NCBI GenBank assembly: GCA_977017645.1 | Contig: OZ360222.1 | Coordinates: 107,508,001-107,572,000, forward strand | DNA length: 64,000 nt | Direction: 5' to 3' | DNA from: Torpedo marmorata | Lineage: Eukaryota | Shown here: positions 63,331-64,000 of the stretch, in pieces | Position numbering within the stretch: position 1 is the stretch's first letter | Layout: each line of letters starts with the position of its first letter | The notes under the pieces: generated by a model | The model's input: only the letters and a program-made list of their open reading frames with translations | Databases searched by the model: none | What the model was told of the DNA's origin: nothing | Position numbers and translations under genes: made by a program

Positions 63331-63699
63331 CAATTGTTGGCAACAGTTCTGTTATCACACTTGCACCTCTTGTACACTTATCCTGTGAGGCAGCAGAAAC
63401 AGAAGAAATGTACAACACTGCAATGTATAACCTCATAGCCTGGTGTATCCCTCATTTTGCCAAGGTAATAGTTCAATTTGGAGTGCAGAAGAGCATGCCA
63501 GGAGCAGTAACAAGCATATCAAAAAATGATGGAGTGTCAGATTGGTGGAGCTGCAGTATAGGATTGTATGATGCACAGCTGTGAAAGCAGCAGAACTAAG
63601 TGATCTTACAACCAAAGGATCAGATCAAAGATCTGAAGTCCTTCCACATCTAGTCATGAATGGTTGTGGATGCCTAAAGAGCAAGTGAAGAAGAGTCCC

Positions 63700-64000
63700 T
63701 CAAAACATCTGCATATTCAATAAGGCAGAATCCAGCATGTAAGGACTTAAAAATAAAAAGCTGTAGCATTTGTAACTGTATTCAGACAAACGTGCTCAAT
63801 AGAGGTCCATCTAAGCCTCCTGAAATCCTCACCATCATAAAAGCCAGTCTCCTGCCAATTCAACACTTTACATATACTGTAATATCAAGAAGTGGCTGAG
63901 AGTCCTGGTGACAGCAAAGGTGATGGGATGAGACAACATTCCATCTGAGGAACTGAAGACCTGTATTCCAGAATTAGTGGTATTTCTAGTAAAAACACAA
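63700..64000 (+). mobile_element. Old CR1-group LINE fragment, same family as 45690-47235
   Basis: Similar text to 45860-46030 (CCTCCTGAAATCC...CCAATTC...AAGAAGTGGCTGAGAGTCCTGG...GACAACATTCC...ACTGAAGACCTG). Confidence 0.55.

Overview
This is eukaryotic vertebrate DNA, most likely from a cartilaginous fish (shark/ray), judging from the repeat complement: CR1/HER1-type LINEs, V-SINEs, Penelope elements, Rex1/Babar, L1, Tc1 and Chapaev3. The only host gene I can support is the 5' part of BCL11A on the minus strand. Coding exon 1 is 34383-34329 (MSRRKQGNPQHLSKREFS), coding exon 2 is 29867-29535 (C2HC zinc finger ZF0), and a CpG-rich promoter/5'UTR lies upstream. No later BCL11A exon is recognisable, so 1-29534 is taken as intron 2. 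About 23 kb around the promoter (~19.7-43.2 kb) has no recognisable transposons and carries motif-dense putative enhancers. Both flanks are transposon-rich and include several nested insertions with readable target-site duplications (TSDs). I see no prokaryote-type system (CRISPR, retron, DGR). The best candidates for something undescribed are: (i) a 5S-rRNA-derived SINE and an unrelated GC-rich non-coding retroposon that share a Rex1/Babar-like 3' tail; (ii) an overlapping upstream ORF and stem-loop in the BCL11A leader; (iii) an E-box/GATA composite in intron 2 with the same spacing as the human erythroid +58 enhancer core; (iv) a ~250 bp palindrome inside a Tc2-like MITE; and (v) hammerhead-like motifs in Penelope repeats. 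All family assignments come from reading motifs by eye, not from database searches.
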